Positions 12,969 to 26,300 of a stretch of 64,000 bases of DNA are shown here, in pieces (position 1 is the first letter of the stretch; each line of letters starts with the position of its first letter). The position numbers and the translations under genes are program-made. The stretch is taken from assembly GCA_964252035.1 (NCBI GenBank), contig OZ176205.1; one strand, 5' to 3'. The stretch is from Podarcis erhardii. Lineage: Eukaryota. Under the pieces are notes generated by a model. That model searched no databases and was not told the origin of the DNA. It saw only the letters and a program-made list of their open reading frames with translations.

Positions 12969-13190
12969 CAGAGCTTTCCAAACTTTTCATGTTGGTGACA
13001 CACTTTTTGAAACATGCACCATTTCGCGACGCAGTAATTCAGTTCTGCATCGTTTTGTGACACAGTAATTCAGTTTTACTAGCAGACCGGAAGTTAAACT
13101 AACCCCTTTCCAGCCCCGGGAGGAGCATGGGGAGCATTTGTGCAACACGCTGACACGCTAACGTGTCGTGACGCAGTTTGGAAAGCTCCG
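12969..13190. mobile_element. Non-autonomous hAT element with perfect 8-bp TSD
   Basis: 16-bp TIR C(A/G)GAGCTTTCCAAACT; GCCTAGAG at 12961-12968 and 13191-13198. Confidence 0.88.
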
Positions 13191-13633
13191 GCCTAGAGGA
13201 ACTTCCAAGCCTTTCCTCACATTCAGCTAAAGAAGGAGTGTCAACCTTTTTACACCAGAGACCTACTTTTAACAAAAACGACGGAGGCCATCATTGGAGT
13301 ATGTCATGTGCTGAAGAACATGGCAAAACAAGACAGTCATCTGCACCACTCGGACTGATCTAAACCCATTGCACAGTTATAGTTATTTTATTTTGAGGAT
13401 TTTTATTTTATTTATTTCACAACTCTTTCACCCAAACTTGTCTGCTTCTCTGTTCATTGCATTTTACTTATTGATTTATTTATTTGCAGGCGGGGGAAGA
13501 ATGATGGGTGTTTATCACCATTCTGGGAAGACTCAACCCGTCCAGAGTTCTCCTGCATGCACAGACATATGGGGTGTGGTCACAAAAGGCTTTGGAGACA
13601 CTCAGTCTGTATGCACACCATACATTTAAAATA

Positions 13634-13859
13634 CAGTGGTACCTCGGGTTAAGTACTTAATTAGTTCCGGAGGTCCGTTCTTAACCTGAAACTGTTCTTA
13701 ACCTGAAGCACCACTTTAGCTAATGGGGCCTCCCGCTGCCGCCACGCCGCCGGAGCACGACTTCTGTTCTCATCCTGAAGCAAAGTTCTTAACCCGAGGT
13801 ACTATTTCTGGGTTAGCGGAGTCTGTAACCTGAAGCGTATGTAACCCGAGGTACCGCTG
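13634..13859. mobile_element. Tigger/pogo-like MITE, family A
   Basis: As 5057; TA flanks. Confidence 0.85.
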
Positions 13860-14437
13860 TAGATGACTTTCTCCAAAGAACCCTGGGAACTGTAGTTTAA
13901 GGTTGCCAAGAATGGAGGATTGACAAAGGCCATTCCCCCAATCTTTTCTATGCAACAGAGCAAACTAGCAAGGCCTGCCCCCCCCCCAGCTATAAAGCAG
14001 TACTTTAAATGATTTGATGTTCCTTGTTTTCATAGGAACCAACAAGGCTTTTCCTCTTAAGTTTGCAAGATTTACACTTGAACCTGTGACAACCCAACAC
14101 GAGTGGAGAACATAGGAAAAAATTTCAAGGCTCAGGGTAAGAGAATAAGCAGAGAACAGAAGGACAGTTACAGGCATATATTGTGCTATTCTCTCTGAAC
14201 AAGGGGGCGGGGCATTGTTCAGTACAATGATTTTAACAGTTCTGGTTGTGCTTACAACTTTTATCTGGCACGAGCACTCAAAGGACAGCCCTGTGCAGAA
14301 GCAGGAAAAGCAGAAGAAAGGAGGTTTCTGTTTGCTGGATTCTCTGACTGCTCATTGACCATTCCCAGTACAAAGCTGAGATAGCAAATAGGACAGTACC
14401 ATCTTGGGCAGAAACTAGGAAAGGTTGTTTTCATCCA

Positions 14438-14518
14438 TGCAGGGATCTTTTGCCCAACATGGGGCTCAAACCCCCGAGATTAAGAGTATTATGCTGTATA
14501 GAATAAGCCATCCCAGCT
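14438..14518 (-). mobile_element. Second, degenerate tRNA-Lys-like SINE copy (tail truncated)
   Basis: Reverse complement reads AGCTGGGATGG...ACTCTTAATCTCGG...TTTGAGCCCCATGTTGGGCAAAAGATCCCTGC, the same head/tail junction as 59806. Confidence 0.6.
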
Positions 14519-15380
14519 AGGACTTCAAAGTGATCTACTAACATTATCTACACAGGAGCCAACTGCAGACGGGCATCCGGGTAATTTTATTAAGCCCCTA
14601 TGAGCTGCACTTTCAGAATGCAAAAGAAGACTTTGCACTGCTACTTGGGCTTGAGGATTCTTAACACTTTACTGCTGATGCAGGCGTGTTTGTTAGATGG
14701 TTCCCTGCGCTAAGGCATGGACAGCCAGCTTGAGGCATGGGAGGCACAAAAAGCCCAGATCACGGCACCCCGAGACATGAGAACTGGCGGTGAAAAGGTA
14801 ACACAACCAGATATGCAGCCCAGAAAATGGCTGCCCAGCAGTGGATCAAGCAATACTGTCACCAAGATTTTCTGCTAGTTGTAGCACCATTAGAAGCTTT
14901 AACCAAATGAGGTTACAAGTTTCAACAGTTCCCCATTAAGTGCATACTACCACCTCTGAATGAATGGTAGGTATTCAGGCAAGCTGCAATTCGTATTAGT
15001 GAAATCTACGGTGGCGGCTTGCATTAAGATACTTCCTCCCCTTTGGAACGAGGGGCTTCATTAGCCAAGCATGCAAGGCAAGGTGGGTAGATGGCAGAGA
15101 AGGGCCCACAATCTAGTTTTGTGTTGGACAACCCAGATCAGGGTTTCCCAAACTTGGGTCTCCAGATCTTTTTTGGACTACAACTCCCATCATCCCTAGC
15201 TAGCAGGACCAATGGTCAGGGATGGTGGGAATTGTAGTCCAAAAGCAGCTGGACACCCAGGTTTAGGAAACCCTGGCCTAGGCTATAGTTGTTTATTGCT
15301 GGGAGCAAGTCGGAACTCTGTCTAATATCCAGGATGTCACTTCTTAAGAGTGCATGAGGCTCGCTTTTCATATATTACTA

Positions 15381-16306
15381 CAGTGGTGCCTCTTAAGACG
15401 AAATTAATTCGTTCCTAAAGTTATTTCTTCTTGAGAGTTTTTCGTCTTGCAAAGCACGGTTTCCCATAGGAATGCATTGAAAATCAATCAATGCGTTCCT
15501 ATGGAAACCGCCTTCAGACCAGGTCCGGGGACAGTCTGTCCCCCGACCTCTTCTGAAGGCTGGGGGGCGGGGACAAGGGCTTTTCTTCCCACCGCCAGCC
15601 TTCAGAAGACTGTTCTGAAGGCTAGCGGTGGGAAGAAAAGCCCTTCTCCCCACCTCCTGCCCCGCAAGCTCTGGGGACAGGAGGGCTTTGCTGCTGACCG
15701 CCAGCATTTTAAAAGCCCCCGGGACAGCGGAGACTTCTCCGCTGTCCCGGGGCGATCTTAAAATGCTGGCGGGCAGCAGCAAAGCCTTCGCTGCCGACCC
15801 CCAGCATTTTAAAAGCACCCGGGACAGCAGAGGTCTTCTGAAGGCCGGCGGTGGGCGAAAGTCTTTGCTCCCCCCCGCCTGCCTTCAAAAGCCGTCCGGG
15901 ATAGCGGAGAAACGCGCTGCGCTTCTCCGCTATCCCAGGAAGGCTGGCAGGGGGGAGCAAAGACTTTTGCCCCCCGCCGGCCCTCAGAAGAGGTCTAGGA
16001 CTCAGAAGAGGTCCAGCGCGCTTCCCTACTATCCCGGACTGCTTTTAAAATGCTGGCGGTGGGGAGCAAAGCCTTTCAGCCCCCGTCGGCCTTCCTGGAC
16101 CTCTTCTGAAGGCCGGAGGGGGGGCGAAAGGCTTTGCTCCCCCCGCCAGCATTTAAAAGAGGTCCCCGGAGATTTCCCTATGGGCTTTCTTCTTGCGAAG
16201 CAAGCCCATAGGAAAATTCGTCTTGCGGAACGACTCAAAAACGGAAAACTATTTCGTCTTGCGAGTTTTTCATTTTGCGAGGCGTTCGTCTTGCGAGGCA
16301 CCACTG
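15381..16306. mobile_element. Family-B element with 0.9-kb hairpin-rich core
   Basis: Family-B TIRs and TA flanks; interior of direct and inverted GC-rich subrepeats. Confidence 0.85.
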
Positions 16307-16406
16307 TATTAACGTATATACCTTCCTGTCCCAACACTGGACCCCAAGTTGGCCAACAACCAAATTAAAATCCAGCTTTTAAACTCCTGCTGAAAACTTT
16401 TCCATT

Positions 16407-16957
16407 CTCCTGGGCATAGTCGGCCAATTGGTGTTAAAGAAAGATAGAACATTTTTTATGTACGCTACAACAGCAGCAAGAATACTCATCGCGAAGTACT
16501 GGAAGACACAAGAGCTACCCACCGTGGAAGAATGGCAGATGGAGGTGATAGACTACATGAGTTTGGCAGAAATGACGAGCAGAATCCGAGACCAGGGAAG
16601 AGAGACGGCGGAGGAGAATTGGAAAAAATTTAAGGACTATCTAAAGAAATATGCAAAAATTAGTGAATGTTAGGTTGATGCTGGATGAGAAAATTAGGGG
16701 TTAACAGCGGTAATGGATAAGTTAAAAGAAAATGAGTGTTATTAAAATTAAGTTGGAAATAAGGGAGGGATTTGTTAAATAATTATAGACATGAGAATGC
16801 AGGAAGGGGAGGTATGAGGAGGTCGGGAAAGTAAGGTATAAGAAATTAAGACTCAAAATTATATGTGTTTTATGTTTTTTGTTGTTATGTATTTATGTTT
16901 TGTTTGTGTTGATAAAAATTTTGTGGAAACTTTAATAAAAATTAATTTAAAAAAAAA
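16407..16957 (+). mobile_element. L1-clade LINE, 5'-truncated, with poly(A) and 15-bp TSD
   Basis: Reads LLGIVGQLVLKKDRTFFMYATTAARILIAKYWKTQELPTVEEW (L1 ORF2 C-terminus type), then 3'UTR, AATAAA and an A-tail; GAAAACTTTTCCATT at 16392-16406 and 16958-16972. Confidence 0.88.
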
Positions 16958-17325
16958 GAAAACTTTTCCATTATGTAAGGTTTATGCAGGCAATTAAGAA
17001 CATATATTTCCCAAAAAGTTAACAGGTGTCTGTTTTTAACTGTTTATATAGTTTCAAAATTTTACGGTTCTAAGTGCTGTTGTTGTAAACTAACTTGTTA
17101 TCTTTTATGAATATTTTTAATAAAATAGAGTTATGTCTTCACGATTAAGAAACTGTTTGTGCACTCTTTGAAAGTTTGACACACTTGCAAACAGGGTGTC
17201 GGTGTCTACATTCCAACATGATACTTATGGAAGGCAGATTTGAGTTGTGCATAAAATATAATTGAGACTGCACATTCAATCAGAGATGGCTGAACTCTCT
17301 TACAAGAAAAGAAACAAGCCCTATA

Positions 17326-17592
17326 CAGTGGTACCTTGGTTTACAACCATAATTTGTTCCGGAGGTCTGTTTGTAAACCAAAACAGGTTGTAACCCAAGG
17401 TGCACTNNNNNNNNNNNNNNNNNNNNNNNNNNNNNNNNNNNNNNNNNNNNNNNNNNNNNNNNNNNNNNNNNNNNNNNNNNNNNNNNNNNNNNNNNNNNNN
17501 NNNNNNNNNNNNNNNNNNNNNNNNNNNNNNNNNNNNNNNNNNNNNNNCAAAACGTATGCAAACCAGACTGTTTGTAAACCAAGGTACCACTG
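17326..17592. mobile_element. Tigger-like MITE (family C) spanning an assembly gap
   Basis: TIR CAGTGGTACCTTGGTTTACAA on both sides of the N-run; TA flanks. Confidence 0.75.
17407..17547. other. Assembly gap (141 N)
   Basis: Run of N. Confidence 0.99.
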
Positions 17593-20500
17593 TACTGTTA
17601 AGAGCCTGATTCTGCAACTTTCTGCATCTTCATACATTCAGCTGAAGCAGAATTTATGTATTCACCAGGCCAATGATATTTTATAAATGGGGCACTCAAG
17701 CCCTCCCTCCAATAACTAGAAATGTTATTTCATCCCACTGCATGCTTCTAAGCTGTCACACTACCTATTGTCCCGAACGCTTCCAAGCCTATCCACAAGT
17801 AATGACAAGAATTAGGCGCTAGCTTCTTCCTTTCACAAAGCTGGAGAACTACCTAGAACTACACTGTTGTTTCTACCATAAACACCTCTTTGAAAAGCAT
17901 TTAAGATGTTGCTATAAACATCCTCTGAGCTCGGAAAGCTGGCCTACTTAGGCTTTCAAGCCCTGCAGAAGCTGGAAATTATGAAGAGTGTTTTTATGAT
18001 ATTCAAATTTCAGCTTTCCCGCCTTCCCCATAATAAAACAGAACTGCAACCAGGAACATGCTGTTAAGTGTGTAATTGTTTCCAAGAAGTTTAAAACGAA
18101 GTCTAATTTATGGCAGGGGCACTAGAGTTCTCCAGCAAATTCTTGTTGCACAAACCGCGTGTGTTTGAGGAAAAAATCAGGGGGCTCAAAGTGATAGCAC
18201 AAAAGAAATACTTGATGTGACTATCAGAGAGTGCATCACATACACAATAAGGCTTCTGTCAACTGAGCAGAACTTATCAGCCGTATGACATACCTGTTGT
18301 CTGAATCCAATCTTAAGATTCTGCTACACAATCTAATTTCTGAAGGATGACACAGCTTCAATTCCCCAAAGCAGACAATTGTGCCTTTTAAAAAACATTA
18401 AGCTAATGGACAAAAAATGTCTTCAACGTTTTGTCGTTTCTGTGGCAATCCCATTATCTGACAATATATATTTGATTTTGAATATTCATGGTAAGCAACA
18501 GAAGGTTTCTTGTCAATCTCAGGTAGGAAGAAGCAGTTGGTGATAGAACAAACTGCAACTTTTTCCATATTGCCTCATTAGAAGACAAGCTTCTGGCATG
18601 GCATTTGGCACTCAAAGACTGTTCTAGCACGTTCTACGCAAAACCTTTGTATTAGACCCGGCCAAATTAAATGAGAAGCAAGTGATGTTGCAGTATTCAG
18701 AACTGTTTGTTTTGGAACACAACCACTGAAATCGACAGGATGATTCCAGAGGAAATGAACCGCACTCACTGGGTATTTAGACATTTTACCCAAAGATGTG
18801 GAACCAGGGAGGGCAAAAGCAGAGTTAGAAACTCAAGATATCTAACCTAGGCACCAAATGGCTCCTAAAACCAAGGTTGCAGTTGCCAAAACAGAATGTC
18901 TAGCTGCGACTTTGGGGCAAGAAGGCTCTAAAGTCTTATTTTTCAAATGATGGAATGACTGTGATTGATTCTCACTTAAACATCTGGATAGTTCAGATGA
19001 CAACTTTGAGCCAGGTTAAGAAATTTGAGAACTTAAAGAAGAAAAGTCACTTGATCCAGGGACAATCCACATATGTATTGGCCTATTCCGACCTCTTTTC
19101 CTTAATGGTGACTGCTCCTGTTCTCAGGCTGCACAGAAAAAGCAATTTTGTTCCAGAAATTCATTCTGATTGTGCAGATAAAATATAACTGATAGAATTC
19201 TACAGGATGCTGTACTGACAGATTGCTGGATGGTTTGCAGGAGACAAACATGGGGTTTCTAATTCCCAACTGTTTACCAACAGCAACAAAAACATGACCC
19301 CCTCTGCACTGAACTAAGCTGGGCTGTTAAAATCCCAAATCTTTAATAATTCTAATGTCCTCACTCCAGTGCATGGTTCATGGAGCATAGCTAGTTACGG
19401 ATTCCAGCCCATCTCCCACCAGTTTGCATGTTAGCCTACCCCCAGAGCCATTATTTGGGTTGCACAAATCTGGTGTCTGCCCCACACCCAACAGCCTGCC
19501 CGCAGCCACAGACAGAATCAATTCAAACAGCATTACTCACCCCAAAACTGACAAAAACCAATTACTGATTTTCCTTTGCCAAAGAATCCCACACACAGAC
19601 TCTATAGACATTCACACTCCATGGGTGGAGTGACTTCTCAGCCCTTTCCTGCTTTCATTCAGGACAAAAATGCAAAAAACTACCCCAATTTAAAATGGTC
19701 AAGTAAGCAGATCACAACCCAAAGAGAGGGACAAGGAAAATGCTGAACACTCCCATCCCCAGAGCATTGCAGCTTTAACATTAGACTATTGTTTGATGTT
19801 GCCAAGCCATGTTCGACGTGTCTGTGAAGACACTGCTTCTTCAATTATGTTATATCTATCCAACCAACCAATCACCCATCCAAACAGTACTCTCTGGGTC
19901 TGGCAGATTTGGGGGTGGCCCCAAACACAGTCATATGCAGGCAAAATCTGAAGCACGCAAACAGAAAATTGGGGGTAAACACCCATAAAATGTTTGCACG
20001 CTATTATCAGAAAGACCCCACCCAGCTTGGGAAGAAGCTACAGAGTATAATGTAAGGTTTGTGCTGCATGGATTCCCTGCTGGTGACCATTTAACACACC
20101 AGGCAACAAAAGATGTGAACCCTAAGTGACAAACGAGCCTGGGTAGATTAAACCTGCCCAAATTCAGATCAATAGATGCAAAGCTGAAGGTGACATAATA
20201 AAAAATATATGAGATGGGAGCTATATAAATATTTTATAAACAAATAAAATACAAATAAATGGCCATGCAATTTTATGTTAGAAGCCAACCAAATCTTAAC
20301 AAGTCCCCAGTCACATGAATCTAAATTATCTACAAAGGAGGCCGTAAAACTTTCACTTGGCTGTATTTCTTTGTGGTCAAAATCAAAGGCATCTCAAAAT
20401 GTTCGATTCTGCAGTCATGCCATAGGTCAAACCAGAAACTGTACCCTGGCTGCTGCCCTAAGCACACCTAAAATAGGGTTGTGCATTAGACTCTGATAAA

Positions 20501-21403
20501 CCCCATTCTCCCAAGAAATAGTTATGGACGCTTACTTAAAAAATAATAAACCAAAACTTTCACAAAAGCCTTTTTGGCACACTGATGTAAATGAGTAATC
20601 ATATCATTTTAAGAGAAGAACAGTAGATCTAACCTAAAGGGAATTTCTTCCAGCACCTCTGAAACCCAGATACTAATGCTAATAATTTCATTATTTATAC
20701 CCTGCCCGTCTGGCTGGGTTACCCCGGCCACAAATGCTACATATTCGTTTACAATTTTGTATGACAAATCAGAGCTAGCTGCTTCACTTGTATTTTCTGC
20801 AAGTTTTACTCTGTTAGACTTTTATAAAATCTTTTTTGCAATAATGCACTCTCTACCATATTTACTAAAATGCAATCACATCAAGAAGGTCTCCTAAAAA
20901 TTAAGTTTATCAAAGAGAATGGCCTCTTCAGAACACTGCAATTTTCTGAATTCTGCAACTGAAATACCCTACTGCAAGCTAAGTGCTCTGGACTACAAGG
21001 CCCATGAGCCTCTGCCAACTCCAGAATCACATGGCCATGCTGAACGGATGTTGTCGTTAAAGAAGCAAGTTACCTGAAATAATAATGTACTAGTCTCCTT
21101 TTACCCTTGGCTGCAATTCTGTCCCCTTTCTGTTATCTGCCTTATGTCAATTTCTAGATCAGAGCCGGCCATGGTGGGGCAATGCAGAGGATGTTGGACT
21201 ATGACTTTCATTAGTCCTAGCCAGCAAGGCCATAGTCCAAGAACACCAGCAGAGCACCACCTTGCTCTAATCTAGATTGCTAGCTCCTTGGGGCAGGGAC
21301 CAGAGCTCTCATACTTTGTAAAGCACCATGTCCATGTTCCATGAGCAGAGCTGCAAGCTTCCTTAAAGGCTGTTGATGAATTCTGGGTGTTAAGAGTAAA
21401 GTA

Positions 21404-21759
21404 AGGTAAAGGTAAAGGGACCACTGACCATTTGGTCCAGTCGTGACCGACTCTGGGGTTGCGGCGCTCATCTAGCTTTACTGGCCGAGGGATCCAGTGT
21501 ACAGCTTCCGGGTCATGTGGCCAGCATGACTAAGCCGCTTCTGGTGAACCAGAGCAGCGCACAGAAACGCCGTTTACCGTCCTACCGGAGCGGTACCTAT
21601 TTATCTACTTACACTTTGATGTGCTTTCGAACTGCTAGGTTGGCAGGAGCTGGGACCGAGCAACGGGAGCTCACCCCGTCGCGGGGATTCAAACCACCGA
21701 CCTTCTGATCGGCAAGTCCTAGGCTCTGTGGTTTAACCCACAGCGCTGCCCGCATCCCC
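21404..21759 (-). mobile_element. Sauria SINE
   Basis: Full length; TSD TAAGAGTAAAGTA at 21391-21403 and 21760-21772. Confidence 0.9.
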
Positions 21760-22730
21760 TAAGAGTAAAGTAGAGCCCATTAAATCAATTGACTCAAGAG
21801 AGCTCCAACTAACTTCATTGAGCTCAATGGGCCTACTCAATCTGACTTAGTAAAAAACTACCCTTAATCTTTAACTAATTGCTGGGTGTAGCCAAATACT
21901 ACTCTTAATCTATAGTTAAATTGCTACATATCCTGACACCCAGCAGACTGAGGGCCATTTTATACATTCTGGAGAATCAAATGGTATAGCTTTTCTGGGG
22001 CTGTAATACTTTGAGCTATGGGTGAGGGAGGAATTTCGAATGCTCTGCCCTCCCCATCGAAAAACTCTCTAAACACAGGTATGGGTAGGGTGACCCAGCC
22101 TTACAACATTCACAGGAGGAGCGTTCCAATATGCAATCTGTGGCCTGAAGTGTTATGAAGCAGGAGAAGCTTTACTACTTGATATTCCTCAAGGTATAAA
22201 GTGGAAGGAATAGTACACCCATTTATCCTTTGTGCAGGATTCCCCCCAACTCATCATCAATGGTTGGTTCACCTTTAACATCAGGGGGAAGGATTAAAAA
22301 ACCCAACCAATACTACTGATTAGACGACCCTGCTAAAAATGCAACACTCAAAGTCTCTGCTTATTTTCGTTCACCCAGGAAAGTTTAGTCAAGGGTTTCC
22401 TAAACTTGGGTCTCCAGCTGTTATTTGGACTAAAACTCCCATCATCCCTAGCTAGCAGAACCCATAGTCAGGGATGATGGGAATTGTAGTCCAAAAGCAA
22501 CTGGAGACCCAAGTCTGGGAAACCCTAGTGTAGACACTTTGGTTTGTGAAACTGATGGGAGGTAGAAAGAGCCATGCTCACTTTCTCTGCTAAGCAGAAA
22601 ATTTTAGATCTCGTTTCAGTTCTCCACTCAATGACAAGCGATAGCTTGGAAGGAGCACTGCTAAGCCTCAAGCTATTTCTGAAACACCATGCTTGATCTG
22701 GGAAAGAAAAGGCTGTTGGCAAGATATATA

Positions 22731-23323
22731 CCGTATTTTTCACCCTATAGGACGCACCGGCCCATAGGACGCACCTAGATTTTTTTTTGGGGGGGGGGGA
22801 ATAAAGAAAAAAAAAATATCCCCCCCCCAGGCACGGGGCTGGGGAAGCCCGAGCTTCCCCCTCCCCCAGCCCCCAGAACGGGACCCAGAGCGATGCCGAA
22901 GTTGCGTACAGCTTTGGCATCGCTCTGGGAGCTTGCGGGGCTGGAGGAGGGAGAAGCCCTCCGCCAGCCTTCTAACCAAGTCGGAGGACAGCGGGAAGGG
23001 CGCGCTGCGCCTCTCCCGCTGTCCTCCGAGTTTGCGGGGCTGGCGACGGGGAGGAGCAGGCTTCTCCCCCCCCCCTCCGCCAGCCTTCTAACCAAGTCGG
23101 GGGACAGCGGGAAAGGCACACTGCGCCTCCCGCTGTCCCCCGAGTTTGTGGGGCTGGCGGTGGGGCTCTCCTGAAGCCTGGAGAGTGAGAGGGGTCGGTG
23201 CGCACCGACCCCTCTCGCTCTCCAGGCTTCAGCGAAAGCCTGCATTCGCCCCATAGGACGCACACACATTTCCCCTTCATTTTTGGAGGGGGAAAAGTGC
23301 GTCCTATAGGGCGAAAAATACGG
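22731..23323. mobile_element. Second copy of the Tc2-like element
   Basis: Same TIR (1 mismatch), TA flanks, shared terminal segments, different core. Confidence 0.85.
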
Positions 23324-26300
23324 TATATAAAATCCCAGGTTGAATGTTTAAAGTCCTTTCCCTCCCTTTTCGAAGGCAATCAGCTAAATCTCCAGACAGT
23401 GGATATTCCACTCAAAACAGGTATTTGTGTTCCACAAGTATTGACACTGCCAACTGTAGAATCCCAAGAAATTTAAGTCTTCTATAGCCACAACCCACCA
23501 GAATCTCTCTCTTAAGCAAGCTATAGAAGTGAACATGCTCTCAGTAGAAAAAGATTGTGCCATTAAATGAAAAGCAAAAAGCAAATCTGACCTAAAGCTG
23601 CACAAAGGATGCATTTCAAAGGAAGTAGTGCTGGAAAGTAATGGAAAATTCATGTTCAGCATGCAGAAAACCTCAGGTACCATCCACAGCAGTTCCAGGT
23701 ACAGCTGAGACAGCCCTCATTCTGAAACCGTGGAAAGATCCTGCCCAAACAGTTTAACAATGCTGAGCTAAACGGACCAATGGTCTAACTCTCTGGGCCA
23801 CACTTTCAGAATAAAGATTTGCTCCAGCCACACCGAATGTTTTTATTGATAAGATTGGAAAACATAAGATTGGAAAACAAAAAGAAACAAGTCCCAGCAG
23901 TGCTTGGTTTCGAAAAGGTATCCATCCATATCCAAATAAAAAAAATATTTTGATACTATACTATACCACACTGAAATGTTTAAATGTTTTATTGAATCTT
24001 CCTGCTACACTTCCCATCATCTCCTGTCACAACTCATGGGAACCTCTGTCCTAACCTGTTTATGAACAGGAAAGAAAACTGGTTAAAATAGCTTCACCAC
24101 AGATTTTTGTTTATTGCCTGTCTAATTCCATTTGGGGCATGTTTCATCTACAAGAACAGGAAGAGGATCTGGTGCTGTTCTGATAGTTGCACATCAGAAT
24201 TAGCAGAAAGAAGCTCCAATCCCTGCTGAATCATCTCCCGGGTTTTTTCTAGTTAACATTCTTCCATCTCCACTGCGTGCATGGAATAAACTTTAGGTCT
24301 TGGTATCCGACAGCTTAATGCTTGCTCTTGATTAAGCAGAAAGACATTTAGCCAGTGATTTCAACGGAAGGGAGCAAAGAGAATCAGCAGCCATATGATA
24401 AACTGTCCTAATAAAAATAGCAAACAATTGCATAATCCAAGCTTTTTCCAATTCTAGTAAAAACCCACTTGGGAAAACCCACTTGGAGGAAAGATGAAGA
24501 GGATATGCCAAAAGATCAAAGGCTGTGCCAATTTTCTCCTCTCTCTCCTCCCATCATGCAGGTTTCAGTCAGTCATGTGCAATTGAAATAAGTTAGTGTG
24601 CTCCCACTGAACTTACGGAACATTCGGCAAACTAGCTCATCATACTATGGTAGAACATGACAATTTTCAATAAAGAACACATGTCTCAGGAGAGCCTGCC
24701 TCCTCCGTTTTTCAGGATGAATGAGAGACTAGTAAACCTGGAACTGCTACATGGTGCGTTATTCTTTGATGAGGAACACTGCATATTAAGCAAAGGTAAC
24801 ACAAGAAGTTTGGGGATGTACAACTAAGGATGAGGCTCCATGCCACACCTGGAATACAATGTCTCCTACAACCCAGGAAAAGAAGAGGCAGGAATCTTCA
24901 GTCATACAACCGGAACTCAGGTGTTCTCAAAGTAATAACCACTCCAGTCTGCCCAAACAGGAAAATCACAGCCTCACCACAGCTCTGGAAATACCAGCCT
25001 GCACTTATTTTCAATAAGAGCTAACAGCTGTTCTACAACCTGCTGACAATGGTTGCCTACCAGTTGCCTATCAACAGGGTGGAAGACAATTATCTTCCAA
25101 TTTACAAAATATTCTGTGACATTATCATCCAGCAGCAATTATTCACTGCCAAAGGCTGGCATGCAAACAGCTATGTGCAAGTCTATGCTGCCTTGTCAAG
25201 GATAGATGTGGTCCAACTGCATCTGGAAGGCCACACGTCACTCAGCCTTGAACCAGACGCAGCTGTTCACTTTACCTCCATGTCAGGAAGACCTTTCCCC
25301 TGTTTTAACTTCTGCATGTGAGCTTCTAAAAAGCACAGGAGCAGGACAAGCAGAAGGAACAACTTAGCAGGTCTCTGTACTTATCCAAGGAACTAGCAAC
25401 TTGAACCACCAGAGAGACTCACCCTGCTTACGTTAACATAACTGCTAGTCTCCACGGCAATATTTGTTTTCTCTTCTGGCTCACTTCTAATGTATATTAA
25501 CCAGAACCTCAAGTGTGTTCAAGGGCTTCCAATGGTATTTGCTGTGCTTTTCTCTCTGCCTGCAACGCAGGCATAAGCAGACAAGTTTGCAGCAGGCTGT
25601 TTGGTGAAAGCACAGGACCATATTCTCTCTGGTGGCACCTAGACTTTGGAATGCCCTCACTTGTGTGGGTCAAGAAGTGAACCAAGGCAGTAGCCAGCTT
25701 TAAATGCTTCTTAAAGTCACTTAAGTTTATCCCAAGCTTTCATGGCTTCCGATTCCTAACTCGTAGAACTTATTTTTTTTCTTTTGGTGCACTGTTCACT
25801 TTTTGTCTATGGCCTACAGTTTTTTAAAAAGTTTTATTTGATTATTGCAATTATATGAATTTTAATTATATTTTGTGCCAATCACTGAAGAGGGTTTTTA
25901 TATGTGTGTATTAAGCAGTTTATGAATTAAACTTTTTGGAGTCCATCAATAACTGCACCGCCATTCAGAAAACATCTTGCAATGCAGAAACCAGTGGCTC
26001 CCCAAGAGATTCTGAAAACACAACTTCTTCTGACCTTACAGCTACGAAGAGGAAAACAGGGACTGTCTACAAACCTGTAGGAGAAGGAACAGAAGAGGCT
26101 TCCTTACACTGAATCAGGCCACCAGTCCATCAAGTTTAGTACTGTCTACAATGACTGGGAGATCCCCAGGGTTTCAGGCAGAGGTTTCTCCCTGAAGATG
26201 ACAAATATTGAACATGCATGCAAAATGTAATATGCTCTAGCAAACTCTCCTCCCTGTAAGAAGCCTCTTCACAGCTCCCAGAGCACCCTCATTCTGTCTT

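Noticed and set aside
15393-16368. 246-aa and 141-aa ORFs in the long family-B element
   Set aside because: Derived from GC-rich subrepeats; no recognisable domain.
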